A stretch of DNA of 39,737 nt from a virus (Duplodnaviria; Caudoviricetes). The notes beneath the pieces were generated by a model that was not told the origin of the DNA, made no database searches, and was given only the letters and a program-made list of their open reading frames with translations. Positions within the stretch are counted from its first letter, which is position 1; each line of letters starts with the position of its first letter. Made by a program: the position numbers and the translations under genes. The stretch lies in the IMG/VR virus record IMGVR_UViG_3300012041_000042, positions 1 through 39,737 of that record. One strand, written 5' to 3'. Shown one piece after another: positions 1-8,523 of this stretch.

Positions 1-66
1 CTCGTTTGCGCACGATCGCAGCAAAATGACTCCGGGATAAGGCCATTTTCTGATCGAGTTCTGACC

Positions 67-252
67 ATGCCACACGACAGCGATGATGCGCACGTGCCAG
101 GGCCTGAGCTGGGCCCCGTGACGCTCACGCCGACCGAGATCGTGCCGATCCGAGGCCTGTCACCGATTGAGGCGATACGTCGGAAGCTTCAACGTGCCGA
201 GTCCGCCGCAGCGGTCGAGGGCGACACGCCTGAGAAACGCGAGGAGGGATGA
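67..252 (+). CDS. hypothetical protein (61 aa) upstream of TerS
   Basis: ATG-started ORF ending 7 nt before the TerS start; no recognisable motif. Confidence 0.45.
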   Translation: MPHDSDDAHVPGPELGPVTLTPTEIVPIRGLSPIEAIRRKLQRAESAAAVEGDTPEKREEG

Positions 253-259
253 TGGACGT

Positions 260-847
260 ATGGCAGGCGTGAAGGGCCAACGATCAGGCGGGCACAACGC
301 GAAAAGCATCGAGCAGCTCGAGATTGAGGGCACGTTCGATCCGAGTCGTCACGCGGGGATCGACAATCCGCTGCCCGTGCCGGGTCTGCCGAAAGCGCCA
401 GGCCCGCTCGGCCCACTCGCGCGGAAAGAATGGAAACGCACGATCGCCCTCCTCGACGAGGCGCGCACGCTGTCGCGCGAAATCGCGTCAGCCCTGTATC
501 AGTATTGCCAGCTGTTCGAAGAGTCCGAGCACATTGCGACGCAGCGCATCGAACGGCGACGCACGATCGAACGACTCGAGGCCACACTGCCGCAGCTCAC
601 GGGCGAGAGTCTCGTCCAGGCGATCGGTGACATCACGAAGATGGCGCAGCTCGACGCGAAGGACGCGACGCAGATTCGCCAGTACCGCCTGGCGCTCCGG
701 ACGTATCTCGTGGAATTTGGACTCACCCCGGCGGCGCGGAGTCGCGTGAAACTGGTGCCGATGCATCGACGGGCCCTCGCAAAAACACATGTCGAAACGC
801 CGCTCGAAAAGCTCCAAGCCGCGAAGCGATCCCTCCGCGCGGTCTAA
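260..847 (+). CDS. terS: terminase small subunit, P27 family
   Basis: ATG at 260 after GAGGAGG; N-terminal GRSGG-like motif, 'A..EW.R' and C-terminal 'EFGLTPAARSRV'; directly upstream of TerL. Confidence 0.85.
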   Translation: MAGVKGQRSGGHNAKSIEQLEIEGTFDPSRHAGIDNPLPVPGLPKAPGPLGPLARKEWKRTIALLDEARTLSREIASALYQYCQLFEESEHIATQRIERRRTIERLEATLPQLTGESLVQAIGDITKMAQLDAKDATQIRQYRLALRTYLVEFGLTPAARSRVKLVPMHRRALAKTHVETPLEKLQAAKRSLRAV

Positions 848-2522
848 GCGCGGCTGGGCCAAGCTCGACCATCGGGTCGATCTCTACGCGCGTCGTGTGC
901 TCGGCGACACACGCGCGGGCACGCAGATCGTCGCTGGTCCGCTGGTGCGCCTGGCGTGCGAGCGGCATCTCCGCGATCGCCTCGAGGCGCGCTGGACGTG
1001 GAGCGCCGCGCACGCCGACCTCGCCATCAACTATTTCGAAACCGTCCTGCGCCTGCCGGATACGCAGGATGCGCAGGGGCACCCGCGGCCGTTTCTGCTC
1101 GCGCCGGCGCAAGTGTTCATCGTCGGATCGATCATGGGCTGGCTTGGGCCGGACGGCTACCGCCGCATCCGTGAGGCCTATATCGAAATGGGCAAGGGCA
1201 ACGGCAAAACGCCGCTGTTTGCCGGTCTCGGCCTCTACGGGCTGCAGATGGACGGCGAACGCGCGCCGGAAATCTATGCGGCGGCCGTCACGCGCGACCA
1301 GGCGAAGATCCTCCACCGCGACGCCGACCGTATGGTCGCCGTATCGCCGGATCTGACGGGCGAGATCCTGCCGACCGTGAACAATCTCGCGTACGAGATG
1401 GGGTTCTTTCGACCGTTCTCCCGCGACCAGGGCATGAAATCAGGACCGCGCCCGCACATGGCGCTGGTCGACGAAGTGCACGAACATGCGTCGCCGGAAG
1501 TCATCAACAAGTTGAAAGCCGGCTTCAAGTTTCGGACGCAACCGCTCGCCGGCTACATCACGAATAGCGGCTTCGACAAGACGTCGATCTGCGGGCAGCT
1601 GCACGCGCACGCCGAGCATGTCCTGCGCGGCACTGCGGAGGACGAGCAATTCTTCGCGTACGTGTGCGCGCTCGATGACGACGATGATCCGCTCACCGAT
1701 CCCTCGTGTTGGATCAAAGCGAACCCGCTGCTCGGTGTGACGATCACCGAGACGTACCTCAAGCGCCAGGTGCAGAACGCGAAGAACATTCCGGCCGAGC
1801 TGAATATCGTGCTTCGGCTGAATTTTTGCGTGTGGACCGCCGCGCATACGCGCGCGATCGATCCGGTGCTCTGGAAACGCGGCGCCGTTGTGGTTTCGGA
1901 TGACGCGCTCGCCGGCGTGGAGTGTTACGCCGGCCTCGACCTCGGGCAAAGTGACGACCTCTCGGCGTTCGCGAAAATCTGGCCGCTCGAGGATGGCCGT
2001 CTCGTCGTCCGCATGCGCTACTGGATTCCGGAATCGGCGCTCGAGCGGTACCCGCATCGGCCGTATGACCAGTGGAAACGCGCGAATATTCTTGAAGTCA
2101 CCGAAGGCGTCACCACGAATTACGACACCGTCGAAACGGCGATCAGCGCCGATTGTGCGCGATGGGGTGTGCGCGAGCTCGGCTACGACAACAAGTTCGC
2201 GGAGCAGCTCGCGCAGCACCTGCAGGGCTACGGCATCGACTGCACGAACATCGTGCAGGGCTTCGCGGTCAATCTCGCGATCCGCCGGCTCCTCGAGCTC
2301 GTCGCCGAGGGTGAGCTGTGTCACGGCGGCGACGTGATCCTCGAATGGATGTCCGCGAATGTGGTCTTGCGTCATGGCCTGAAAGGCGACGTGCGCCTCG
2401 ACAAGGAAAAAGCCCCGGAGAAGATCGACGGCTTTTCGGCCCTCTGCAACGCCATGATGGTGTGGCTGACGCAACCCGTGCACCAGTGGGGCGACGCCGA
2501 TCCGGCGGTGTTACTCGTATGA
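789..2522 (+). CDS. terL: terminase large subunit
   Basis: Walker A variant GKGNGKT, Walker B ALVDEVHE, 'WIKANPLLG', nuclease 'GLDLG..DDLSA', 'EKIDG'. Confidence 0.95.
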   Translation: MSKRRSKSSKPRSDPSARSKRGWAKLDHRVDLYARRVLGDTRAGTQIVAGPLVRLACERHLRDRLEARWTWSAAHADLAINYFETVLRLPDTQDAQGHPRPFLLAPAQVFIVGSIMGWLGPDGYRRIREAYIEMGKGNGKTPLFAGLGLYGLQMDGERAPEIYAAAVTRDQAKILHRDADRMVAVSPDLTGEILPTVNNLAYEMGFFRPFSRDQGMKSGPRPHMALVDEVHEHASPEVINKLKAGFKFRTQPLAGYITNSGFDKTSICGQLHAHAEHVLRGTAEDEQFFAYVCALDDDDDPLTDPSCWIKANPLLGVTITETYLKRQVQNAKNIPAELNIVLRLNFCVWTAAHTRAIDPVLWKRGAVVVSDDALAGVECYAGLDLGQSDDLSAFAKIWPLEDGRLVVRMRYWIPESALERYPHRPYDQWKRANILEVTEGVTTNYDTVETAISADCARWGVRELGYDNKFAEQLAQHLQGYGIDCTNIVQGFAVNLAIRRLLELVAEGELCHGGDVILEWMSANVVLRHGLKGDVRLDKEKAPEKIDGFSALCNAMMVWLTQPVHQWGDADPAVLLV

Positions 2523-2761
2523 AGGACCTGCTGCGCTGGCTCGCCTGGTGGCGACCGCCGTGTCTGCACGAGGCGGTCATCGTGAATCGGATCGATGACC
2601 CGCGTTCGGCGATCCGCGGCGTGCTCTGGCAGAGCCGCGGCGCCTGGCTCGTCGTGAAGCAGGCCGAGCTCCTGACGGCCGGCCAGGACCCCACACCGAT
2701 CGACGGCGAGATCGTTCTGCACCGCACGAACGTCGCGTTCATTCAACGGCTCCCGCGCTAA
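2519..2761 (+). CDS. small protein, possible Sm/LSm-like beta fold
   Basis: ATGA overlap with the TerL stop; pattern VIVN..AIRGVL..WLVVKQA..DGEIVLHRTNVAFIQ. Confidence 0.7.
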   Translation: MKDLLRWLAWWRPPCLHEAVIVNRIDDPRSAIRGVLWQSRGAWLVVKQAELLTAGQDPTPIDGEIVLHRTNVAFIQRLPR

Positions 2762-2780
2762 GGGAGAAAGGATCCGACCG

Positions 2781-4256
2781 ATGGCTATCATCCGCAGTTT
2801 CGGCACGGTGCAAAGCGTCGCGGCGGCGATGCCGGTGACCTCGACACCCTCCAACGCGGCCGGCAGCTGGGCCGGCTACGCCTACAGCTACGCGACGCTG
2901 TACCGGACGCAACCCAATGTGCGGACGGTGGTCGACTTCCTCGCGCGCAACGTCGCACAACTCGGGCTGCATGCGTTTCGCCGGCACTCGGACACTGACC
3001 GCGAGCGCCTGGCCGACTTCCCGGCGATCCAATGGCTCACACATCCGAACCCGGGGACGACGCGTTATCGCCTCTTCGAAGCGCTGATGCAGGACATGGG
3101 GATTTACTTAAACGCGTTCTGGTTGAAGGTCCGCACCGACGATCGGATCGGTCTGGTCCGACTCCCGCCGGAGCAAGTCGAGGTCGAGGGCGGATCGTTT
3201 CCGTCGCTCTACCGGTGGATTCCCGCGGGCAGCGACATCAGGGAATTCGATCCAAGTGAAATCGTGCATTTCGGCGGATACGACCCGTGCAATCCGCTGC
3301 TCGGATTGTCGCCGCTCGAAACGCTGCGCCGGATTCTGCTCGAGGAGATCGCCGCGCAGGACTATCGGGCGTTCTACTGGCGCAATCATGCGCGCATGGA
3401 CGGCATCATCGAGCGCGACAAGGATATGAAGCCCTGGACCCCGGACCAGGAAAAACACTGGAAGGCGTCATTTCGGGACGCGCACACCGGCCGCGAGAAC
3501 ACCGGTAAAACGGCTGTGCTCTGGCCCGGGATGAAGTGGGTTGAACGGTCCTTCTCCGCCAAGGAGTCTGAGCTGAACAACGCGCGCAAGCTCACCCGCG
3601 AAGAGGTGACGCGCGAGTATCACGTGCCCTTGCCGATGGTGGGCATCCTCGATCACGCGACGTTTTCGAACATCAAGGAGCAGCACAAGAACCTGTACCA
3701 AGATGCCCTCGGCCCATGGCTCGTCAACATCGAGGAGGAGCTCGAGCGGCAGCTGCTGCCGGAGGTGGACGACCCCGAGGATGTGTACTTTGAATTCAAC
3801 ATCGCGGAAAAACTCAAAGGCAGTTTCGAAGAGCAAGCCGACAGCATTCTGAAGCTGGTCGGTCGGCCGATCATGACGGCGAACGAGGGCCGTGCGCGGC
3901 TGAATTTCTCGGCGATCGACGATCCGACGGCAGACGAGCTCGCGCAACCGCTCAACACCACGACGCCCTCGACGGCGTCCGCATCGGAGCCCGGCGCCGA
4001 CGCCACGGACCCGGTCGCGGAACCGGACGAGGCGGCCGTCGCGGCGGTCATCGCGCAGCATCGCACGCGTCAGGGCCGATTCCTCGACAAGGTCTATCCC
4101 GGCGACCGCCCCGCGGCGTTCAATCTGACACGCTACAACGCGGAACTCACCGAGGATCTGGTCGCGATCGAGATGCCAGAGCCGCGCGCGCGAGAGACGG
4201 CCGAACGTGCCAACGCGGAGACGCTCCGCGCGCTGACGGAGGCGCTCGTTTCATGA
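2781..4256 (+). CDS. portal protein, HK97 family
   Basis: 'LTHPNP', 'EIVHF', 'GLSPLE', 'TFSNIKEQ', 'MTANEGR' portal motifs; position after TerL; RBS-like GGGAG/AAGGA upstream. Confidence 0.93.
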   Translation: MAIIRSFGTVQSVAAAMPVTSTPSNAAGSWAGYAYSYATLYRTQPNVRTVVDFLARNVAQLGLHAFRRHSDTDRERLADFPAIQWLTHPNPGTTRYRLFEALMQDMGIYLNAFWLKVRTDDRIGLVRLPPEQVEVEGGSFPSLYRWIPAGSDIREFDPSEIVHFGGYDPCNPLLGLSPLETLRRILLEEIAAQDYRAFYWRNHARMDGIIERDKDMKPWTPDQEKHWKASFRDAHTGRENTGKTAVLWPGMKWVERSFSAKESELNNARKLTREEVTREYHVPLPMVGILDHATFSNIKEQHKNLYQDALGPWLVNIEEELERQLLPEVDDPEDVYFEFNIAEKLKGSFEEQADSILKLVGRPIMTANEGRARLNFSAIDDPTADELAQPLNTTTPSTASASEPGADATDPVAEPDEAAVAAVIAQHRTRQGRFLDKVYPGDRPAAFNLTRYNAELTEDLVAIEMPEPRARETAERANAETLRALTEALVS

Positions 4257-4498
4257 CACCCAGGGTCCCCCGAGCCCGGGGACGGCCGCCGTTAGATCCC
4301 AACGGCGACACGTCATCGCTGACGCTGCCGTTGTCATCGGCGCTGCACGATCAGTTGTGTGCGTGCGCGAAGAAAGAAGGCCTCAGCGTGAACGAGATCG
4401 CCCGCCGCGCCATCGCGCGCGATCTCGAGCGCCACAACCCCCGGTCGGGAATAAACCAACTGAAAAATAGGCCCCTGACGCGACCTGGGCGATATTGA
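4253..4498 (+). CDS. ribbon-helix-helix-like DNA-binding protein
   Basis: ATGA overlap with the portal stop; RGRPP then a beta strand (SLTLPL) and two helices 'LHDQLCACAKKEGLSVNEIARRAI'. Confidence 0.65.
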   Translation: MTPRVPRARGRPPLDPNGDTSSLTLPLSSALHDQLCACAKKEGLSVNEIARRAIARDLERHNPRSGINQLKNRPLTRPGRY

Positions 4499-4505
4499 CG
4501 CCATT

Positions 4506-5498
4506 CTGGACCCCTATCGACACGTCATCAGCTTCGCACTCGACCATCCCTGGGCCCTCACGCCCCCGATGCTGGGCGTGGTCGCGGACGTGCTGGCGCG
4601 GCGCATCGCCGGGCACACGCTGACCGCCAGCGAGCTCGAGGCGGCGCTCACGAAACGCGAACGGCTTCCCCAGCCGGACACCGGCGCGGTGGCGGTGATC
4701 CCGGTGCATGGCGTGATCGTGCCGCGCGGCAATCTGTTCTCCGACGTGAGCGGCGCGACGTCGCTCGATCGCTTGCGGTCACAACTCCAAGCCGCCCTCA
4801 ACGCGGACGCGGTCGACACGATTCTGCTCGACGTGGACTCGCCTGGCGGCAGCGCCGCCGGCGCCACGGAATTCGCGCGCGACGTGATGAAGGCGCGCAC
4901 GAAAAAGCCGGTCGTCGCGGTCGCGCAGTACACCATGGCCTCGGCCGCGTACTGGATCTCAGCCGCCGCGACGGAAATTGTCGCCAGCCCCTCCGCGCAT
5001 GTCGGCAGCATCGGCGTCTATACGATTCACGACGACCTGTCGAAGGCCCTCGCCGAGCTCGGCATCAAGCGGACCTATGTGGCGGCCGGGAAATTCAAGG
5101 TGGACGGCAACGAGACCGAACCGCTGAGCGCGAGTGCGCAGGAATACCTGCAGAGCCTCGTCGACACGACGCATGACCGCTTTATCGCGGACATTTCCCG
5201 CGGCCGCGGCGTGTCGAAGGACGATGTGAAAACCAAGTTCGGGCAAGGGCGCCTGCTGACCGCGGAGGACGCGCTCAGCGCCGGCCTGATCGATACCGTG
5301 GCGACGCTCGAAGAGACCTTGGCGCGGCTGACGTCCGCGTCACCGCCGTCGCGTGGCGCGCGCGCGACGACGGACCCTCCAGCACTTGAGGAAGACACGT
5401 CCCAGGAGCCCGCCCCGCGGGCCACGGACCAGGATCGACCCGAGGCACGCTGGCGGGCACGCATTGCACAGCAACTGTTAGAACGCGCGCTGGTCTAA
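4506..5498 (+). CDS. S49 (SppA/ClpP-like) prohead protease
   Basis: 'DVDSPGG', 'MASAAYWIS', 'VGSIGV', 'AGKFK' motifs; first ATG is at 4569 but the frame is open from 4479, so the start may be CTG at 4506. Confidence 0.9.
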   Translation: MDPYRHVISFALDHPWALTPPMLGVVADVLARRIAGHTLTASELEAALTKRERLPQPDTGAVAVIPVHGVIVPRGNLFSDVSGATSLDRLRSQLQAALNADAVDTILLDVDSPGGSAAGATEFARDVMKARTKKPVVAVAQYTMASAAYWISAAATEIVASPSAHVGSIGVYTIHDDLSKALAELGIKRTYVAAGKFKVDGNETEPLSASAQEYLQSLVDTTHDRFIADISRGRGVSKDDVKTKFGQGRLLTAEDALSAGLIDTVATLEETLARLTSASPPSRGARATTDPPALEEDTSQEPAPRATDQDRPEARWRARIAQQLLERALV

Positions 5499-5525
5499 CA
5501 GCCATTCCCTTCTGAGGACACTGTT

Positions 5526-6785
5526 ATGAATATCGCGGCACTCGAGCGAGACCTCGAGAAAAAGCAATCAGAGGCCCGGGCCCTATTTGAGAAAACCGCC
5601 AAGCAAGCCGACGCGGAAGACCGGGAATTCACCGCCGAAGAGCGCGCGGCCGTCGAGACACTCTTGGCCGAGGCCAAGACGATCAAAACCAAGCTCGATC
5701 GGCTGAAGGCGGACGCGTCGATGCGCGATCAGATCGATCAACTCCTCGGGGACGAGCGGTCGCGTGCGTCGGCATCCGATCCGTCACGCGGCCGCCGGTC
5801 GGGCATCCGCGTCTCGCTCGGGCAGCTCTTCGTCGACTCCGATGTCTACAAAGCATTCCGGAATCAAACCAAAGCCGTGCGCGGCTCGCGGTGGTCGACC
5901 GGTGTGGTCGAGCTGCAGAGCGAGCTCCTCGATTCCGACACCGGCTCACCAGGGTCCGGTGGTGATCTGATCGTCCCGGACTATCGCCCGGGCATTCTGC
6001 CGCTGTTGTTCCGCCGGCTCACCGTCGCGGACTTGATCGCACCCGGCACGACCGACTCGAACGCGATCATCTACATGCGGGAAACGGCGTTTACGAACAA
6101 CGCCGATACGGTCGCCGAAGGTGCGGTGAAACCGGAATCCGGGTTGCGCTTCGACCAGGAGACCGATCGCGTGTACAAGATCGCGCACTGGCTCCCGGTC
6201 ACCGAAGAGATGCTCGAGGACGTACCGGCGCTGCGGTCGTACATCGACGCCCGGCTGCGCCTGGGCGTGCAGCTCGCGGAAGAGGACAAGCTGCTGAACG
6301 GCGCCGCGTCGCCGGCCGAGCTCACGGGGATCCTGCACCGCGTCGGGCTTCGGCCTCCGGTCTCTGGTGGCTCGGGGGGGGCCGCGAACGCCGATGCGAT
6401 CTTCCAGCAGATGATGGGCATCTTCAACGATGCCTTCGTGATGCCCGATGGCATCGTCATGAATCCGCTCAACTGGCAGACGATCCAGCTCATGAAGGAC
6501 AGCAGCGGCGCGTACATGGGTGGCGGGCCGTTCAATACGCCGCCGGTGCCGCGGCTCTGGGGCCAGCCCGTGGTGCCCACGCCGGCGATCGTGGCGGGGA
6601 CCGCGCTGGTTGGCGCGTTTCGATCGGCGGCGCAGATCTTCCGCAAGGGCGGGATCCGCGTCGAGGCATCGAACAGTCACGATGACTACTTCATCCGCAA
6701 CTTGGTCGCGATTCGCGCCGAGGAGCGGCTCGCGCTCGCGGTCTACCGGCCGGGTGCCTTCGGCACCGTGACCGGGCTCGACTAA
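5526..6785 (+). CDS. major capsid protein, HK97 fold with N-terminal delta (scaffold) domain
   Basis: Coiled-coil N-terminus, 'GGDLIVP', 'VAEGAVKPES', 'KIAHWLPVTEEMLED', 'VAIRAEERL..YRPGAF'; GAGGA RBS. Confidence 0.95.
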   Translation: MNIAALERDLEKKQSEARALFEKTAKQADAEDREFTAEERAAVETLLAEAKTIKTKLDRLKADASMRDQIDQLLGDERSRASASDPSRGRRSGIRVSLGQLFVDSDVYKAFRNQTKAVRGSRWSTGVVELQSELLDSDTGSPGSGGDLIVPDYRPGILPLLFRRLTVADLIAPGTTDSNAIIYMRETAFTNNADTVAEGAVKPESGLRFDQETDRVYKIAHWLPVTEEMLEDVPALRSYIDARLRLGVQLAEEDKLLNGAASPAELTGILHRVGLRPPVSGGSGGAANADAIFQQMMGIFNDAFVMPDGIVMNPLNWQTIQLMKDSSGAYMGGGPFNTPPVPRLWGQPVVPTPAIVAGTALVGAFRSAAQIFRKGGIRVEASNSHDDYFIRNLVAIRAEERLALAVYRPGAFGTVTGLD

Positions 6786-6797
6786 GCACCTGGGAGG

Positions 6798-6830
6798 GGA
6801 CGCCGATACGACGTGATCGCGTCGGCGTCC
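6798..6830 (+). terminator. GC-rich stem-loop after the major capsid gene (weak terminator or mRNA stabiliser)
   Basis: GGACGCCGAT...GTCGGCGTCC inverted repeat; no U-tract. Confidence 0.5.
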
Positions 6831-6852
6831 TCGGTCCAGTCGAGACTGACCG

Positions 6853-7545
6853 ATGGGCGTCATCATCACCCGCACGACGGAGAGTCATCTTGACTACTTC
6901 ACGCGCAACCTGACGGTCGGCAAGGACAGTCAGGTCGCGACGGCGCACGGCTACGCGTCCGCGGCCCGTCTCACCGACGCTCAGCAGGAACCGCTCGAGA
7001 TCACGGACGTGAAAGCGTATCTGCGGTTCGTCGAAAGCGAGCACGACCAGGACGGCGAAATCCAGAACTGGATCAAGGGCGCGCGGCAGAAGCTCGAAAA
7101 GGACACCGGCTTGGCGCTGCTGACACAGAGCTGGCGCGTGGCCGTCGATCAGTTTCCGTCGTATCGCCAGTCGCTCTATCTGCCAGTGTGGCCCGTGCAG
7201 TCGATCGATCGGTTCATCTACATCGATCGCGACGGGACGGAGCAAAACCTGCTGGTCTCCCCGTCGAATTTTCTGCTCGGATCGACGTCGCGGCCGGCGC
7301 AGCTCGGGCTCGTCGACACCGCATCGTGGCCGACAGACGGCCGGCACTTTCAACCCGGGACCCTCGAGCTCACCGCGGGATGGACCGAGCTGGGCGACAT
7401 TCCAGCCGAGCTTTTGATGGCGATGAAGAAGCTGATCGGCGATTTCGCCGGCTTCCGCGAATCGGCGCTCGTCGGCCAGGTCGCGGCGGTGCCGCAGAGC
7501 TACGACGCGCTGATCGCGGCGTGGATCCTGCCGGGGGCTGCGTAA
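6853..7545 (+). CDS. head-tail adaptor (HK97 gp6/SPP1 gp15-like)
   Basis: 'EPLEITDVKAYLR', 'ALLTQSW', 'IPAELLMAM...FRE'; position after the capsid gene. Confidence 0.85.
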   Translation: MGVIITRTTESHLDYFTRNLTVGKDSQVATAHGYASAARLTDAQQEPLEITDVKAYLRFVESEHDQDGEIQNWIKGARQKLEKDTGLALLTQSWRVAVDQFPSYRQSLYLPVWPVQSIDRFIYIDRDGTEQNLLVSPSNFLLGSTSRPAQLGLVDTASWPTDGRHFQPGTLELTAGWTELGDIPAELLMAMKKLIGDFAGFRESALVGQVAAVPQSYDALIAAWILPGAA

Positions 7546-7892
7546 TGTCGGGCCTGATTCAAGCCGGGCGTTTGACCCGCACGATTACGCTGCAGACGGC
7601 GACCGAAACGCAGGACCCGAGCAACGGGGCCGTGCTCATCGACTGGACGGCGATCGCCGAGTCGTTGCCCGCGGAATGGCTCCCCGCGTCCACGCGCGAG
7701 GCGTATCAAGCCCAGCAGCGACTGGCGGCCTACATCGATGGCGTGTTCCGGATTCGCTACCGCGCGCGGCCCCAGCCGGAGACGCAGCGGATCGTGTTCG
7801 AAGGCCGGACCTACGACATCAAACCGGCGATTGAGCTGGGCGTGCGCGAAGGGTGGGACATTCCGGCCGTGGCGCGCGCGGAGGGCGCCTAG
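7545..7892 (+). CDS. head closure/stopper protein (SPP1 gp16-like)
   Basis: TAATG overlap; 'AGRLTRTITLQ', 'FRIRYR', 'RIVFEGRTYDI'. Confidence 0.85.
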   Translation: MSGLIQAGRLTRTITLQTATETQDPSNGAVLIDWTAIAESLPAEWLPASTREAYQAQQRLAAYIDGVFRIRYRARPQPETQRIVFEGRTYDIKPAIELGVREGWDIPAVARAEGA

Positions 7893-7893
7893 C

Positions 7894-8523
7894 ATGAGCG
7901 TGTACGCCACGGTGGAGCGCCGCTGGCCCGAGAGCACCATCGTGTGTATCGGTGGCGGTCCGAGCCTCACCGCGGCCGATGTGGACGCCTGCCGCGGCCA
8001 CGCGCACGTCATCGCGATCAATGACGCCTACCGCCTGGCGCCGTGGGCGGATGTCCTGTACGCCTGCGACGAGCAGTGGTGGAAATGGCATGCTGGCGTC
8101 CCAAGCTTCACCGGCCTGAAATACAGCCTGACGCTGCCATCGAATAACTCGTGGGGCGTGCAGATGCTCCGCAACGACGGCCCGCACGGTCTCGCCACGA
8201 AGCGCGACAGCCTGCGCACGGGCTCGAACGGCGGCTATCAGGCGATCAACCTGGCCGTCCACTTCGGCGCCGCGCGGATTCTGCTCCTCGGCTATGACAT
8301 GGCGCGCGCGGGCGGCAAAACGCATTGGTTCGGCGAGCATCCCAAAGGCGCCCCACCGCCGTTTGCGCGGATGCTCCAGGCCTTCCCGACGTTGGTCGCC
8401 CCGCTCGCCGCGCTCGGGGTCGAGGTCGTCAACTGCACGCCAACGACCGCGCTCCGCACGTTTCCGCGGCGCGCGCTCCGGGAGTGCCTGTCGGTGGGTG
8501 CGTGCGTGGAGGCGGCGTGCTGA
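7894..8523 (+). CDS. putative nucleotide-sugar transferase, DUF115/MAF/Cst(GT42)-like fold
   Basis: 'IVCIGGGPSL', 'VIAINDAY', 'SNGGYQAINLA..FGAARILLLGYD' motifs. Confidence 0.7.
   Translation: MSVYATVERRWPESTIVCIGGGPSLTAADVDACRGHAHVIAINDAYRLAPWADVLYACDEQWWKWHAGVPSFTGLKYSLTLPSNNSWGVQMLRNDGPHGLATKRDSLRTGSNGGYQAINLAVHFGAARILLLGYDMARAGGKTHWFGEHPKGAPPPFARMLQAFPTLVAPLAALGVEVVNCTPTTALRTFPRRALRECLSVGACVEAAC

Noticed and set aside
1-66. cos site
   Set aside because: The position upstream of terS fits, but no cohesive-end sequence or terminal redundancy can be demonstrated from this window
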